A DNA stretch of 64,000 nt from an uncultured Gemmatimonadales bacterium (GTDB lineage: Bacteria; Gemmatimonadota; Gemmatimonadetes; Gemmatimonadales; GWC2-71-9), in NCBI GenBank assembly GCA_963795085.1, contig CAWCFX010000006.1:328888-392887 (forward strand), written 5' to 3'. Positions within the stretch are counted from its first letter, which is position 1; every line of letters starts with the position of its first letter. Positions 18,462 through 31,514 of the stretch are shown in pieces. The position numbers and the translations under genes are program-made. Under the pieces are notes generated by a model. That model ran no database searches, was not told where the DNA came from, and was given only the letters and a program-made list of their open reading frames with translations.

Positions 18462-19068
18462 CTACCTCGTAAAGCTCACCCCCAGGCTGATCCCGTCGTA
18501 GTCGCCCAGGCCGGCCCCCAGCCGGGCATCGAGCCGGGGGCTGAACTGGATGTCAACGCCCAGTCCGAGGCCGAACTGGATGTCGTCCTGGGTGTCCCCG
18601 AAGGTCGGAACCAGCACCGGCTCGAAGTACGGGACGAAGGTAGTCTTGGTGCCTTCCAGGTTGATCCGGCGTCCCAGGCTGAACCCGATGGGAATCAAAC
18701 CGATGGAGGCGTCGCTGGCGAATACGCCGCCGATTCCTATGGTGAGGGCGCCGTCGAGCGGGAAGACTTCGGTGGCCCGGAGCACCCGCATCCGGACATC
18801 GATGCCGGTGATGAAGAAGGTGGTGCCGGGCCCGTTGGGGGTATCGGCATCGTTGTCGCCGATCCCGGCCCGAAAGCCGAAGTCGAGGGGACCCCGCCCG
18901 GCCCGATACATCCCTTCGAGGGTGAACCCGGGACCGGGGTCGGTGAAGAATATCCCCAGCTCCGTGGTGCGGAATGCCTTGACCGGCGCAAGAAAAACCG
19001 GCGTGCCGGTTGTCTGAGCCTGAGCGCCAGACGCGGCCACGCCGGTCATGATAAGCAATAGACTGAGC

Positions 19069-19079
<11 letters not shown>
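18462..19079 (-). CDS. outer-membrane beta-barrel protein
   Basis: Signal peptide MLRRLSLLLIMTGVAASGAQAQ, Gly-rich alternating strands, and the C-terminal strand ISLGVSFTR. Its ATG (19079) lies 11 nt inside the atpC 3' end. Confidence 0.7.
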
Positions 19080-23288
<4,209 letters not shown>

Positions 23289-23329
23289 AGGTATGCGGTG
23301 ACGGTTCAGAAGAGGGTTGAGTGCCTAGC

Positions 23330-23347
23330 TTGTGAAAAATATCACAA
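23330..23347. promoter_or_regulatory. perfect CRP/FNR-type palindrome TTGTGA-N6-TCACAA upstream of atpA
   Basis: ttgtgaaaaatatcacaa is an 18-bp perfect palindrome in an AT-rich pocket about 45 nt upstream of the atpA ATG. On the minus strand it overlaps a candidate promoter, TTGCGG (23364-23359)-17 nt-TATTTT (23341-23336). Confidence 0.45.
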
Positions 23348-23467
23348 TCTAGAACGGACCGCAACAGAGGGCTACAAGATACACCGCCTCCCCCGGGGAA
23401 GCGACCGCCACGCTCCGGCCGGCATAGTCAGCGTAACCCCATATCTGATCGGGAGATGAGCGGAAGA

Positions 23468-24235
23468 CTAACCCCGGCTTCTGGTGTTGCCACGGGCGAA
23501 CAGGCCCAGCACGCCCCGGGGCCCGGCCCGGGGCAGTTGCTGGGCACCCATTCCCGCGACCCGACGGGCGGTCTCGCTCAGGTGGCTCGAGGAAGCGAAG
23601 CCGAGGATCCGGGCCACACCGCCAGCGGAGTAGCCGGGATTGCCGAGCAGTTGCGCGGCGCAGGCGATCCGGGTCAGGTCGATCACCCGCTTCAGATTGG
23701 GTGCTCCGCCGGCGCCGAACTGCCGGGACAGGTGCTCCCGGCTCACGTTGAAGCGGCGAGCGACGTCCTCGGTGCGGGCCGGCTCCGCGACGTTCACGAG
23801 CAGGTACTCCCACACGTCGCGCTGCAACGGTTCCGAGAGGCGCAGCACCCGGGGCGCATCGGCCATCAGCCGGCGCCGCTCGGCGCTGAGGGAAACCCGG
23901 CCGATCATGCCGCCCAGGGCCGCATCGTCCACCCCCTCGACCGCCACGGCGACACCGGCCCGGCAGCAGCGCTCCAGCACCTCGCCGTCATCGGGCCGGA
24001 AGGGCGCGAACATGAGGCGCGGGATGCCCGGAAACCGGGTGAACAGGCTGGCCATCTCGGAGGCCTGCGCCACCCGGGGGGCGGTCACGATCGCCTCGAC
24101 CACCCGGGTCTCCAGCAGCCGGGCGAGTCCGGCGGGCCCCCGGCAGGATGCGACCCGGGGGCCTTCGCGGGGAACCGCCCGCCGCAGCGCGACAATGCCC
24201 CGGCGGCTCTCCAGGAGCGCGGCGATGACGGCCAC
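23468..24235 (-). CDS. AraC/XylS family transcriptional regulator
   Basis: C-terminal double HTH (DVARRFNVSREHLSRQF... ARILGFASSSHLSETARR). The N-terminal approx. 120 aa look receiver-like but degenerate. Confidence 0.75.
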   Translation of the reverse strand: MAVIAALLESRRGIVALRRAVPREGPRVASCRGPAGLARLLETRVVEAIVTAPRVAQASEMASLFTRFPGIPRLMFAPFRPDDGEVLERCCRAGVAVAVEGVDDAALGGMIGRVSLSAERRRLMADAPRVLRLSEPLQRDVWEYLLVNVAEPARTEDVARRFNVSREHLSRQFGAGGAPNLKRVIDLTRIACAAQLLGNPGYSAGGVARILGFASSSHLSETARRVAGMGAQQLPRAGPRGVLGLFARGNTRSRG

Positions 24236-24237
24236 CG

Positions 24238-24744
24238 CTACTCCAGGCGGATTACGGGAGTGGAATCGGGCTCCGGCCGGGGACGGCCGGCGCCCACCGC
24301 GACCAGGGTGCGGGCCATTTCGCCGGCCCGGCGCAGCACCCCCCGGGCATTGTCATAGCTCAGGGTCTGCACCGCCTCCTCGTAGGTGCACCAGGTGCAT
24401 TCGGTGATGCCCTCATCCTGCTGCGGCAGCGGGTCTCCCGCCGGGCTCTCGACCAGGAAAAAATGACAGTACTTGTGAATGAACTTGCCGCGGAACCGGA
24501 AATACCAATCGATGATCCGGATGGGCCCCTGGACCGTCAACTGCTCCAGCCCGGTCTCCTCCCGCGTCTCCCGCAGGGCCGCCTCGGCCGGCGTTTCGTC
24601 CGCTTCGAGGTGACCCTTGGGGAATCCCCAGTTGCCGTAGGAGTCCCGGATCAGGAGAAAGCGCACGATCCCCTCCGGCGACCGCCGGAAGACGATCCCG
24701 CCGGCGCTGACCTCCCTGACCGCTTTCCGTTTCGCCATCAACAC
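24238..24744 (-). CDS. NUDIX hydrolase
   Basis: Nudix box GFPKGHLEADETPAEAALRETREETGL. Confidence 0.85.
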   Translation of the reverse strand: MLMAKRKAVREVSAGGIVFRRSPEGIVRFLLIRDSYGNWGFPKGHLEADETPAEAALRETREETGLEQLTVQGPIRIIDWYFRFRGKFIHKYCHFFLVESPAGDPLPQQDEGITECTWCTYEEAVQTLSYDNARGVLRRAGEMARTLVAVGAGRPRPEPDSTPVIRLE

Positions 24745-24750
24745 CCTCTA

Positions 24751-24778
24751 CAGTGGCAGTGAGCAGTGAGCGGTGAGC
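24751..24778 (+). repeat. heptamer array (AGTGAGC family, about 4 units)
   Basis: cagtggc agtgagc agtgagc ggtgagc, in the spacer between the mlaD stop and the NUDIX start. Confidence 0.7.
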
Positions 24779-24848
24779 GGGCTGAAGGACAGTGCCGTCT
24801 CGGGGAGTGCCCGCCGCGAGGCCGGTTGGCCGCTCATGCCTGCCGCAG

Positions 24849-25856
24849 CTAAAAAACCGAGAACTTGAAATACTTCCGCGGGTTCGCCTGGATGTCGGTC
24901 AGCAGCTGCCGCATCTGGATGACGGTGGCCGTGGTTTCCCGGTACAGCGTCGAGTCCGCGGTCAGGAGGCCCAGGGTGCCCCGCCCGGACTGCATCCGCC
25001 GCAACAGCGTGTCGGCGGTCGTGAGTACCCGGATGAGGCTGGCTTCGTTGGACCGCACGGCCGCCATGAGGGCGCGCAGGTCGGCGGACGCCTGGCGGAA
25101 ATCGCCGGTGGCGTCCCGTCCGGTATTGAGAATGTCGGCCAGCTGGCCGGCGCTGGTGGCCGAATCCACCCGCGCCAGGGTGTTCTCGAGGCTGCGCGAA
25201 GCGCCGGTGAAATGCCCGCTGGACGTGGCGAGGTTGCCGGTGACCCGGTCCAGCCGGCCGGTCTGCTGGTGGGTGAACTCCTCGAGCTTGGCCACGGTCT
25301 GCGCGAAATCGCGGAGGGTGCCGCGCAGGTCCTGCACCGCGGCGGAGTCGAACGCGGTCTCTACCCGGTCGGCCAGTGCGGCGATGTCGCCGGCGATCCG
25401 GCCGGCCTGGGCCGTCAGTTGCCCCACGTCGGGCAGGGTCGCCCCGGGCCATTCCCCCCCGCCGGGGCCGGCGGCTTCGGCCAGCATCATCCGGAGCGAG
25501 GGATCCTCCTGGGGGATATCCCCGGAGACGATACCGGCCTCCCATTCCCCGAACAGGCTGCTGGACGCCGCGATCACGACGGGCCGCGCGGGCAGCTCCA
25601 CGTCGGTGCGTACCCGGAGATCGGCTTCCACCCAGTTATCGCTGGCCAGCCGGATCTGCTGGACTCGGCCGACCTTGACGCCGCGGAGGGTGACCGGGGC
25701 ACCCACGCCGAGGCCGCCAACGGTGCGGAACCGGGCGGTATATACCTGCTCCAGCTTCCCGATGCTGGCGTCGCTCAGCCAGAGCGCCGCGGCGATGACG
25801 CCGGCCAGAGCCAGCAGCACCGCGAGGCCGACGAGAAACTCGTTCTTATGCCTCAT
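24849..25856 (-). CDS. mlaD: MlaD/MCE family substrate-binding protein
   Basis: N-terminal TM segment plus MCE domain (FRTVGGLGVGAPVTLRGVKVGRV) and a long helical C-terminus. ATGA overlap with mlaF. Confidence 0.85.
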   Translation of the reverse strand: MRHKNEFLVGLAVLLALAGVIAAALWLSDASIGKLEQVYTARFRTVGGLGVGAPVTLRGVKVGRVQQIRLASDNWVEADLRVRTDVELPARPVVIAASSSLFGEWEAGIVSGDIPQEDPSLRMMLAEAAGPGGGEWPGATLPDVGQLTAQAGRIAGDIAALADRVETAFDSAAVQDLRGTLRDFAQTVAKLEEFTHQQTGRLDRVTGNLATSSGHFTGASRSLENTLARVDSATSAGQLADILNTGRDATGDFRQASADLRALMAAVRSNEASLIRVLTTADTLLRRMQSGRGTLGLLTADSTLYRETTATVIQMRQLLTDIQANPRKYFKFSVF

Positions 25857-26650
25857 GGGATAGCGCGCCGCATCGGAACCTCCGAAGGATCAATGGCGAA
25901 CGGCTGATGGCTCATGGCTGCACCGGGTTCCGGCCGGCCTTCGAGAAACTGCCGCACCACCGGGTCCGCCGACTCCTGCATCTCGGATACCGTCCCCTCC
26001 TGCCGGATGGTGCCCTCGAAGAGCATGGCCATCCGGTTGCCGACGGTGTAGGCGCTGCGGAGATCATGGGTGACCACGACACCGGTGACCCCGAGCTCGC
26101 CCTGGGTACGGAGGATCAGCTGATCGATGATGGCCGAGGTGACCGGGTCGAGACCGGTGGTCGGCTCGTCGTAGAGAATGTAGCGGGGGGACATGGCAAT
26201 CGCCCGGGCGATGCCCACCCGTTTTCGCATGCCGCCGGAGAGCTCGGCGGGATACCGTTCCTCCGATCCCTGGAGATCCACCATCCGGAGGCTGTCGCGT
26301 ACCCGCTGCTCGATGGTATCGGGGTCGAGCTTCCGCTTGCGGAGTCCCAGCCGGAGATTGTCGGCCACGGTCATTGAATCGAAGAGGGCGGCGAACTGAA
26401 AGACAAAGCCGATGTCGCCCCGGAGCGCCACCAGCTCGTCGCGGGAGCGGTCGTCCACCGCCCGCTCGTCCACCAGGACCCGGCCCGCATCCGGCGAGAG
26501 CAGACCGCAGATCAGCTTGAGCGCCACGCTCTTCCCGGTCCCGGAATAGCCGAGGATGACCGTGGTCTGCCCATCGGGGATCACCAGGTCCAGCCCGCGG
26601 AGCACTTCCCGGTCGCCGAATCCCTTGTGGACGGCCTCAAGGCGGATCAC
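25853..26650 (-). CDS. mlaF: ABC transporter ATP-binding protein (MlaF-like)
   Basis: Walker A GYSGTGKS, signature LSGGMRKR, Walker B ILYDEPT. GTG start 26650 forms a GTGA overlap with the mlaE stop; the listed ORF runs to 26698. Confidence 0.9.
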   Translation of the reverse strand: MIRLEAVHKGFGDREVLRGLDLVIPDGQTTVILGYSGTGKSVALKLICGLLSPDAGRVLVDERAVDDRSRDELVALRGDIGFVFQFAALFDSMTVADNLRLGLRKRKLDPDTIEQRVRDSLRMVDLQGSEERYPAELSGGMRKRVGIARAIAMSPRYILYDEPTTGLDPVTSAIIDQLILRTQGELGVTGVVVTHDLRSAYTVGNRMAMLFEGTIRQEGTVSEMQESADPVVRQFLEGRPEPGAAMSHQPFAIDPSEVPMRRAIP

Positions 26651-27408
26651 AGCAGCACCACGGCCCAGAAGGCATCGAGCACCAGGATGGCCATGCACCC
26701 CAGGACCACCGCTTTGGTGGTGCCCCGGCCCACCCCTTCGGCACCGCCCTCGGTCCGAAGCCCCATGATGCAGCCCATCAGGGTGACGGCCCCGCCGAAA
26801 CTGGCCGCCTTGACCAGGCCAAACCAGATGTCCTTGAACTGGTAGAAAAGCCGGATGCCCTTGGCGAACTCGGGGTTGGACAGGTCCAGCAGGTTGACGG
26901 CGGTGATCCAGCCGGCGGCGATCCCGGTGAGCATCGCGAAGGCGGTGATGATGGGGAACATCAGCACCCCCGCCAGCACCCGGGGCACCACGAGATAGGA
27001 GTGGGGGTTGAAGGCCAGGGTCTCGAGGGCGTCGATCTGCTCGGTCACCTTCATGGTGCCGACTTCCGCGGCGATATTGGCACCGACCCGGCCGGCGAGG
27101 GCCAGCCCGGTGAGCACCGGCCCCAGTTCCATCATGATGGTCTTACCGACCAGGGCGCCGACGAACGACCGGGGCACCGCGCCAGTGAAGATGTAGCTGG
27201 ACAGCAGGGCGAGGACGATGCCGGTGAAGACGGCGATGAACAGCGCGATGGGGATGGAATCCACGCCCAGGCGCCTCATCTGGCCGATGAGCAGAGGACC
27301 CCAGGTAGAGATGTCGGAAGCAGCGCGAGCGGAATCCGCCGCGGCCCGCCCAATCCGGCGCACTGCTCCGGACAGGCCGCTCGGCTGCCGAGCCAGGGCG
27401 TACGTCAC
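26647..27408 (-). CDS. mlaE: ABC transporter permease (MlaE-like)
   Basis: 253 aa, multi-TM, typical MlaE/Ttg2B sequence (TEQIDALETLAFNP). Confidence 0.9.
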   Translation of the reverse strand: MTYALARQPSGLSGAVRRIGRAAADSARAASDISTWGPLLIGQMRRLGVDSIPIALFIAVFTGIVLALLSSYIFTGAVPRSFVGALVGKTIMMELGPVLTGLALAGRVGANIAAEVGTMKVTEQIDALETLAFNPHSYLVVPRVLAGVLMFPIITAFAMLTGIAAGWITAVNLLDLSNPEFAKGIRLFYQFKDIWFGLVKAASFGGAVTLMGCIMGLRTEGGAEGVGRGTTKAVVLGCMAILVLDAFWAVVLL

Positions 27409-27444
27409 GGATCAAAGGTACGGATTGGAGAGAGGAGTGTAAAG

Positions 27445-27525
27445 AGTACTGAGTACTGAGTGCTGAGTGCTGAGTACTGAGCGCTGAGTTCACTACAATG
27501 CGCGCTGCACTCTGCACTCTGCACT
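27445..27525 (+). repeat. two adjacent heptamer arrays: (AGTRCTG)x6 at 27445-27486 and (CTGCACT)x3 at 27505-27525
   Basis: Read directly. The second unit is the reverse complement of the 13620 array unit. Located between the mlaE start and the sigma-factor stop. Confidence 0.9.
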
Positions 27526-27530
27526 CCCCC

Positions 27531-27716
27531 TCAGGCCGCGAAGCTGGCCAGGGCCCGGCCGACCTCCCCTTCGCGGAGGCGGCGGAGGGCACGGTCGCGG
27601 AGCTGCCGCACCCGTTCCCGGGTCACCCCCAGCATCCCGCCGATCTCTTCGAGCGTGTGCTCCCGCCCCCCGTCCAGCCCGAAATAGAGCCGGAGAACCT
27701 TGGCATCGCGGGGGGG
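27531..27716 (-). CDS. sigma-70 region 4 fragment, out of frame with the upstream ORF (same gene)
   Basis: Own translation: ...RDAKVLRLYFGLDGGREHTLEEIGGMLGVTRERVRQLRDRALRRLREGEVGRALASFAA*. This is a canonical region 4.2 HTH in the frame one nt off from ORF 27623..28609. Confidence 0.65.
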   Translation of the reverse strand, partial: PPRDAKVLRLYFGLDGGREHTLEEIGGMLGVTRERVRQLRDRALRRLREGEVGRALASFAA

Positions 27717-28555
27717 AGGGTGGTCAGGGCGTGCCGGATCTCATCGGACAGGAAGCGGTCCATTGCCGCGTCTTCGACGTTGCCCTGCCCTTCGGCGACG
27801 AACCGGTCGATCATGGAACGGTCGCCCTCGGGGTCGAGCGGCGCATCCAGCCGGATCTCCGCGGTATTGAGCTGGGCCAGCGACTGGACCACGTCCACCG
27901 CCAGCCCGGTGGAGTTGGCGATCTCCTCTGGGGTGGGCTCCCGTCGGAGTTCTTGCCGAAGGGCTTCCGCGGCGCGCACGATGCGGGAGAGGTCGGCGGT
28001 GCGGTTGAGCGGCACCCGGACGGTACGGCCCTGCCGGGCCAGCGAGGCGAGGATGGCCTGCCGGATCCACCAGACAGCGTACGAAATGAACTTCACCCCC
28101 ATGTCCGGGTCGAACTTCCGGGCGGCGGTCAGCAGCCCCACGTTGCCCTCGCCGATCAGGTCGATCAGGGCCAATCCGCGGTTCTGGTACTTCTTGGCCA
28201 CCGAGATCACGAACCGGAGGTTACGCTTGACCAACTCCTGCATGGCCTCTTCGTCACCGGCCCGCACCTTGCGCGCGATCGCGATTTCCTGCGGCTGGGA
28301 GAGCAGCGGGGTCTTGCTGACCTCGAAGAGGTACTGGTCCAGGATGTCCTTATCGGCCTCGTACACCCCCAGCGACCTGGCGGTCTCGCGCTTGCGCGCA
28401 CGCGGCTTCCGGGCCGGGCCGGACTCCTGGAGGATTTCGTCCAGGGTGAGGTCATCGGCATACCGGAACGGGGCGGCCGCCGAACCGGCGGGTGCCGGGT
28501 CGGGAACCACGGATTTCGGGGGGACAGGGGTGTCAGCCGGTTTCTTTTTTTTCAT
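27623..28555 (-). CDS. RNA polymerase sigma-70 family factor (RpoD/SigA-like), regions 1.2-4.1; reading frame breaks at a C7 run
   Basis: Regions 2-3 are clear (NLRFVISVAKKYQNRGLALIDLIGEGNVGLLTAARKFD, FISYAVWWIRQAI). Start chosen at ATG 28555 (MKKKKPAD). The tail after ...ALTTLPP is nonsense in this frame. Confidence 0.85.
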   Translation of the reverse strand: MKKKKPADTPVPPKSVVPDPAPAGSAAAPFRYADDLTLDEILQESGPARKPRARKRETARSLGVYEADKDILDQYLFEVSKTPLLSQPQEIAIARKVRAGDEEAMQELVKRNLRFVISVAKKYQNRGLALIDLIGEGNVGLLTAARKFDPDMGVKFISYAVWWIRQAILASLARQGRTVRVPLNRTADLSRIVRAAEALRQELRREPTPEEIANSTGLAVDVVQSLAQLNTAEIRLDAPLDPEGDRSMIDRFVAEGQGNVEDAAMDRFLSDEIRHALTTLPPAMPRFSGSISGWTGGGSTRSKRSAGCWG

Positions 28556-28612
28556 GTATCCAGGGGAATCCTCCAGGCCCGCAAAACATCCTGCAAAAAA
28601 GCGGCCCAATGC

Positions 28613-28641
28613 TTGACACTCCTGCGGGCGAGGACTAGCTT
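28613..28641 (+). promoter_or_regulatory. candidate sigma-70 promoter for the tRNA cluster (TTGACA-17-TAGCTT)
   Basis: TTGACA at 28613-18, a 17-nt spacer, then TAGCTT at 28636-41, about 48 nt upstream of tRNA-Ala. Confidence 0.4.
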
Positions 28642-28688
28642 GCCGTGCTGCTTTGCGACCTCATAGTACGGGGGCGCGACAATATAAT

Positions 28689-28761
28689 GGGGGCGTAGCT
28701 CAGTTGGGAGAGCGCGTGAATGGCATTCACGAGGTCAGGGGTTCGATCCCCCTCGCCTCCA
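28689..28761 (+). tRNA. tRNA-Ala (anticodon GGC)
   Basis: Manual cloverleaf: acceptor GGGGGCG/CGCCTCC with G3:U70, anticodon loop aTGGCat, T-loop GGTTCGATCC. No encoded CCA. Confidence 0.95.
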
Positions 28762-28860
28762 TTAGGTCGGACGGGCGGACCGGCACCAGTGCTCACGCTG
28801 GTCGCCGAAGGATCAGGGCTCAGTTGCCAACGCTCGGGCGGGACGCTAGAATCCCGGCAC

Positions 28861-28933
28861 GCGGGAATAGCTCAGTTGGTAGAGCACAACCTTGCCAAGG
28901 TTGGGGTCGCGGGTTCGAGTCCCGTTTCCCGCT
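28861..28933 (+). tRNA. tRNA-Gly (anticodon GCC)
   Basis: Acceptor GCGGGAA/TTCCCGC, anticodon loop tTGCCaa, U73 discriminator. Confidence 0.95.
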
Positions 28934-29038
28934 CTTCGTACCGGCGGACAGGCAGCCAGCCTCTCCAGCCGGGCTTGAAAAGTTCAGGGTGTAAAGTCCG
29001 TCGGTTCGCCAGTTCGGCCGTTCAGCTTTAAGAAACGT

Positions 29039-29112
29039 CGCGGGGTGGAGCAGTCTGGTAGCTCGCCGGGCTCATAACCCGGAGGTCGTGGGTTCAAATC
29101 CCACCCCCGCTA
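29039..29112 (+). tRNA. initiator tRNA-fMet (anticodon CAT)
   Basis: CGCGGGGTGGAGCAG start with an unpaired 1:72 position and three G:C pairs closing the anticodon stem (GGGCTCATAACCC). Near-identical layout to E. coli tRNA-fMet. Confidence 0.93.
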
Positions 29113-29120
29113 TAAAAAGA

Positions 29121-29200
29121 AGTACTGAGTGAGGAGTACTGAGTACTGAGTCGATGCCCGACCCTCAGTACTCAGTACTTTTGTCTCAGTACTTTGTACT
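29121..29200 (+). repeat. AGTACTG heptamer units arranged as an inverted repeat; terminator-like hairpin with T tract (stem 29135-29179, TTTT to 29182)
   Basis: agtactgagtactgag / loop tcgatgcccgacc / ctcagtactcagtact + tttt, then a second partial copy (gtctcagtactttgtactttt). Confidence 0.85.
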
Positions 29201-29204
29201 TTTG

Positions 29205-29278
29205 GGGCGGTTAGCTCAGTTGGTTAGAGCGCCACGTTGACATCGTGGAGGTCACAAGTTCGAGCCTTGTACCGCCCA
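29205..29278 (+). tRNA. tRNA-Val (anticodon GAC)
   Basis: Acceptor GGGCGGT/ACCGCCC, anticodon loop tTGACat. Confidence 0.95.
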
Positions 29279-29292
29279 TTCCGATTCACCAG

Positions 29293-29366
<74 letters not shown>

Positions 29367-29398
29367 TTGTAATCGAAGGGATTAAGGACCGGCCTGCC

Positions 29399-29444
29399 TC
29401 AATTCCTTCAATTCCTTCAATTCCCTCAATTCCCTCAATTCCCC
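29399..29444 (+). repeat. 9-mer array (TCAATTCCY)x5
   Basis: tcaattcct tcaattcct tcaattccc tcaattccc tcaattccc, lying between the two tRNA-Arg genes. Reverse-complement family of the 18262 array. Confidence 0.9.
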
Positions 29445-29445
29445 A

Positions 29446-29519
29446 GGGTCCTTAGCTCAATTGGATAGAGCATCTGACTTCGGATCAGAAGGTTGGGGGT
29501 TCGAGTCCCTCAGGGCCCG
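29446..29519 (+). tRNA. tRNA-Arg (anticodon TCG)
   Basis: Acceptor GGGTCCT/AGGGCCC, anticodon loop cTTCGga. The body is nearly identical to tRNA-Arg(ACG). Confidence 0.93.
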
Positions 29520-29552
29520 CTCCATTGCAGATTGGAGATTGCGAAAACTCCT

Positions 29553-31514
29553 TCAGACCAGCCTTCCCAACGCGTCTTCCACCGCCCGCAACAACTGGTC
29601 CGGCGTCATCGGCTTCTTGAGGACCTGGACGTGCCTGTCCCCCGTATCGTCCAGTTGCACCCGGTCATGGAGCCCCGAGACGTAGATCACCCGGGGCGCC
29701 AGGTGCTGCTCCCGGATCCGGGCGCCCAGCTCCTCTCCCCGCATTCCCGGCATGATCAGGTCAGTCACCACCAGGTCGAATGGCCCCCCGGTGCGCAATA
29801 GATCCAGGGCCGAGTCGCCGTCCGATGCCTCCGTCACCCGGTACCCGGCGCTGTCCAGGGCCCGCGCAATGACGGAACGGACGCCCTCGTCGTCATCCAC
29901 CACCAGAACCGACCGGGCCGGCCGGGGCCGCTCCTCGTGCCGGGGCTTCGGGGGAGCCGGAGCCGGGGCCGGGCGGTCCGCCGCCGGAAGCAGTATCCGG
30001 AAAGTCGTACCATCCAGAGGGACGCTGTCCACCCAGACATACCCGTTTGACTGCTTGATGCTGCCGTGGACCATGGCGAGGCCGAGTCCGGTGCCCTTGC
30101 CGACGTCCTTGGTGGTGAAGAACGGCTCGAACACGCGTTCCATCGTGGCCCGGTCCATGCCGGCGCCGTTGTCGCTCACGGCGACCATGGCATACTCGCC
30201 GGGCGCGACCACCTCCCGGGAACCAGGCGGCAGGTAGGGATCCCCGATGGTGACGTCCTGCGTCGCGATCAACACGTGACCGCCTTCCGCGATCGCGTCG
30301 CGGGCGTTGAAGACCAGGTTCAGGAGAACCTGTTCCAGCTGGTCCGGATCGGCCAGCACCGGCTTCAGGCGCTGGCCCAGGTGGACATGGAGAGAGCCCT
30401 TGTGCTCGAGCGCCCGTTCCAGGGCGGTCAGCATGTTGCTGACGACCGCGTTCAGGTCCACCTCGCTGGTCCGCAGGACCTGCCGGCGGCTGAAGGCAAG
30501 CAGCTGGGTCGTGATGCCGGAGGTCCGCTCGGCCGCCCGCCGGAGTTGCTCGACGTCCTCCCTTACCACGGGGGGGAGATCTTTGCGCCGAAGGATGAAA
30601 TCGGCGCATCCCAGCACCACCGTCATCTGGTTGTTGGCCTCATGGGCGACGCCCCCCGCCAGGCGTCCCACGGACTCCAGCCGCCGGATTTCCTGCTGCT
30701 CCTCTTCGCTGGCCTTCTGGTCGGTGATATCCATGGTCACCGCGGCCAGCCGGGCACCGGCCTCCCGGGTGCGAAAGGTCTTGACCTGGGTGGAGAGCCA
30801 GCGGGGCGAACCGTCCTCCCGGTTAATCCGGAAACTGATGAAGTGCATGGCCGCGTCGGCACGCGCCCGTTCCAGGGTTTCCTCCAGAACCGGCCGGTAC
30901 GCGGCATCCACCCGGCCGAGCAGTTGTCCCAGCCGGTCAATGGGACGCTGCCCCTCCACTCCGAAGAGTTGAAACACATGGGGGTCCCCCGTGACCACGT
31001 CGGCTTCGGGGTCCCACAACCAGGTGCCGACCCCGGTCGCGTGGAGCGCCATCTGCCGGCGCTCTTCGCTTTCCCGGAGGGCGAGGTCGGTCGCCAGCCG
31101 GCCCTCGACCTCCCGCTTGAGGGCATCGAGCTGCTCGTTGAGACGGTGGAACCCCTCCACCCCCGCGGCGCGCGGCCGAAGCCGGAGCAGGATGCCTTGC
31201 GGCGGCCCGCCGTTCGAGCCGGTGATGGCGGCGCCATCGATCCGCAATGGAAGCGGGCTGCTGCCTGGCCGATGAAACGCCAGCTGCCCCGGCAACAGAG
31301 ATCCGGTCCGTCCGCACCGTTCCAGGTAGCCCAGGACCTTCTCGGCCGACTCGTCCACCAGCCCGGCCAGCGGCTGGCCCCGGAGTGAGGCGGATGGGCG
31401 GCCCAGCAGGGAGGCCGCCGAGGCGTTTGCCTCCACGATCCGTCCGTCGTATGACACGATGAGGGTGGCTTCCGGCAGGCAGGCAAGCAGGTCCTGATAC
31501 AGCGATGCGGTCAC
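29553..31514 (-). CDS. hybrid sensor histidine kinase/response regulator (PAS-PAS-HisKA-HATPase-REC)
   Basis: H-box [16 protein letters not shown]; ATPase DNGAGMD...GTGLGLAMV; receiver [11 protein letters not shown]...[15 protein letters not shown] start 31514 forms a GTGA overlap with the upstream stop; the listed ORF extends to 31688. Confidence 0.85.
   Translation of the reverse strand: MTASLYQDLLACLPEATLIVSYDGRIVEANASAASLLGRPSASLRGQPLAGLVDESAEKVLGYLERCGRTGSLLPGQLAFHRPGSSPLPLRIDGAAITGSNGGPPQGILLRLRPRAAGVEGFHRLNEQLDALKREVEGRLATDLALRESEERRQMALHATGVGTWLWDPEADVVTGDPHVFQLFGVEGQRPIDRLGQLLGRVDAAYRPVLEETLERARADAAMHFISFRINREDGSPRWLSTQVKTFRTREAGARLAAVTMDITDQKASEEEQQEIRRLESVGRLAGGVAHEANNQMTVVLGCADFILRRKDLPPVVREDVEQLRRAAERTSGITTQLLAFSRRQVLRTSEVDLNAVVSNMLTALERALEHKGSLHVHLGQRLKPVLADPDQLEQVLLNLVFNARDAIAEGGHVLIATQDVTIGDPYLPPGSREVVAPGEYAMVAVSDNGAGMDRATMERVFEPFFTTKDVGKGTGLGLAMVHGSIKQSNGYVWVDSVPLDGTTFRILLPAADRPAPAPAPPKPRHEERPRPARSVLVVDDDEGVRSVIARALDSAGYRVTEASDGDSALDLLRTGGPFDLVVTDLIMPGMRGEELGARIREQHLAPRVIYVSGLHDRVQLDDTGDRHVQVLKKPMTPDQLLRAVEDALGRLV

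Noticed and set aside
28683-28688. Perfect TATAAT hexamer immediately before tRNA-Ala.
   Set aside because: It ends 1 nt before the mature tRNA 5' end, so a start 6-8 nt downstream would fall inside the tRNA. There is also no -35 at proper spacing. The TTGACA-17-TAGCTT at 28613-28641 is a better promoter candidate.
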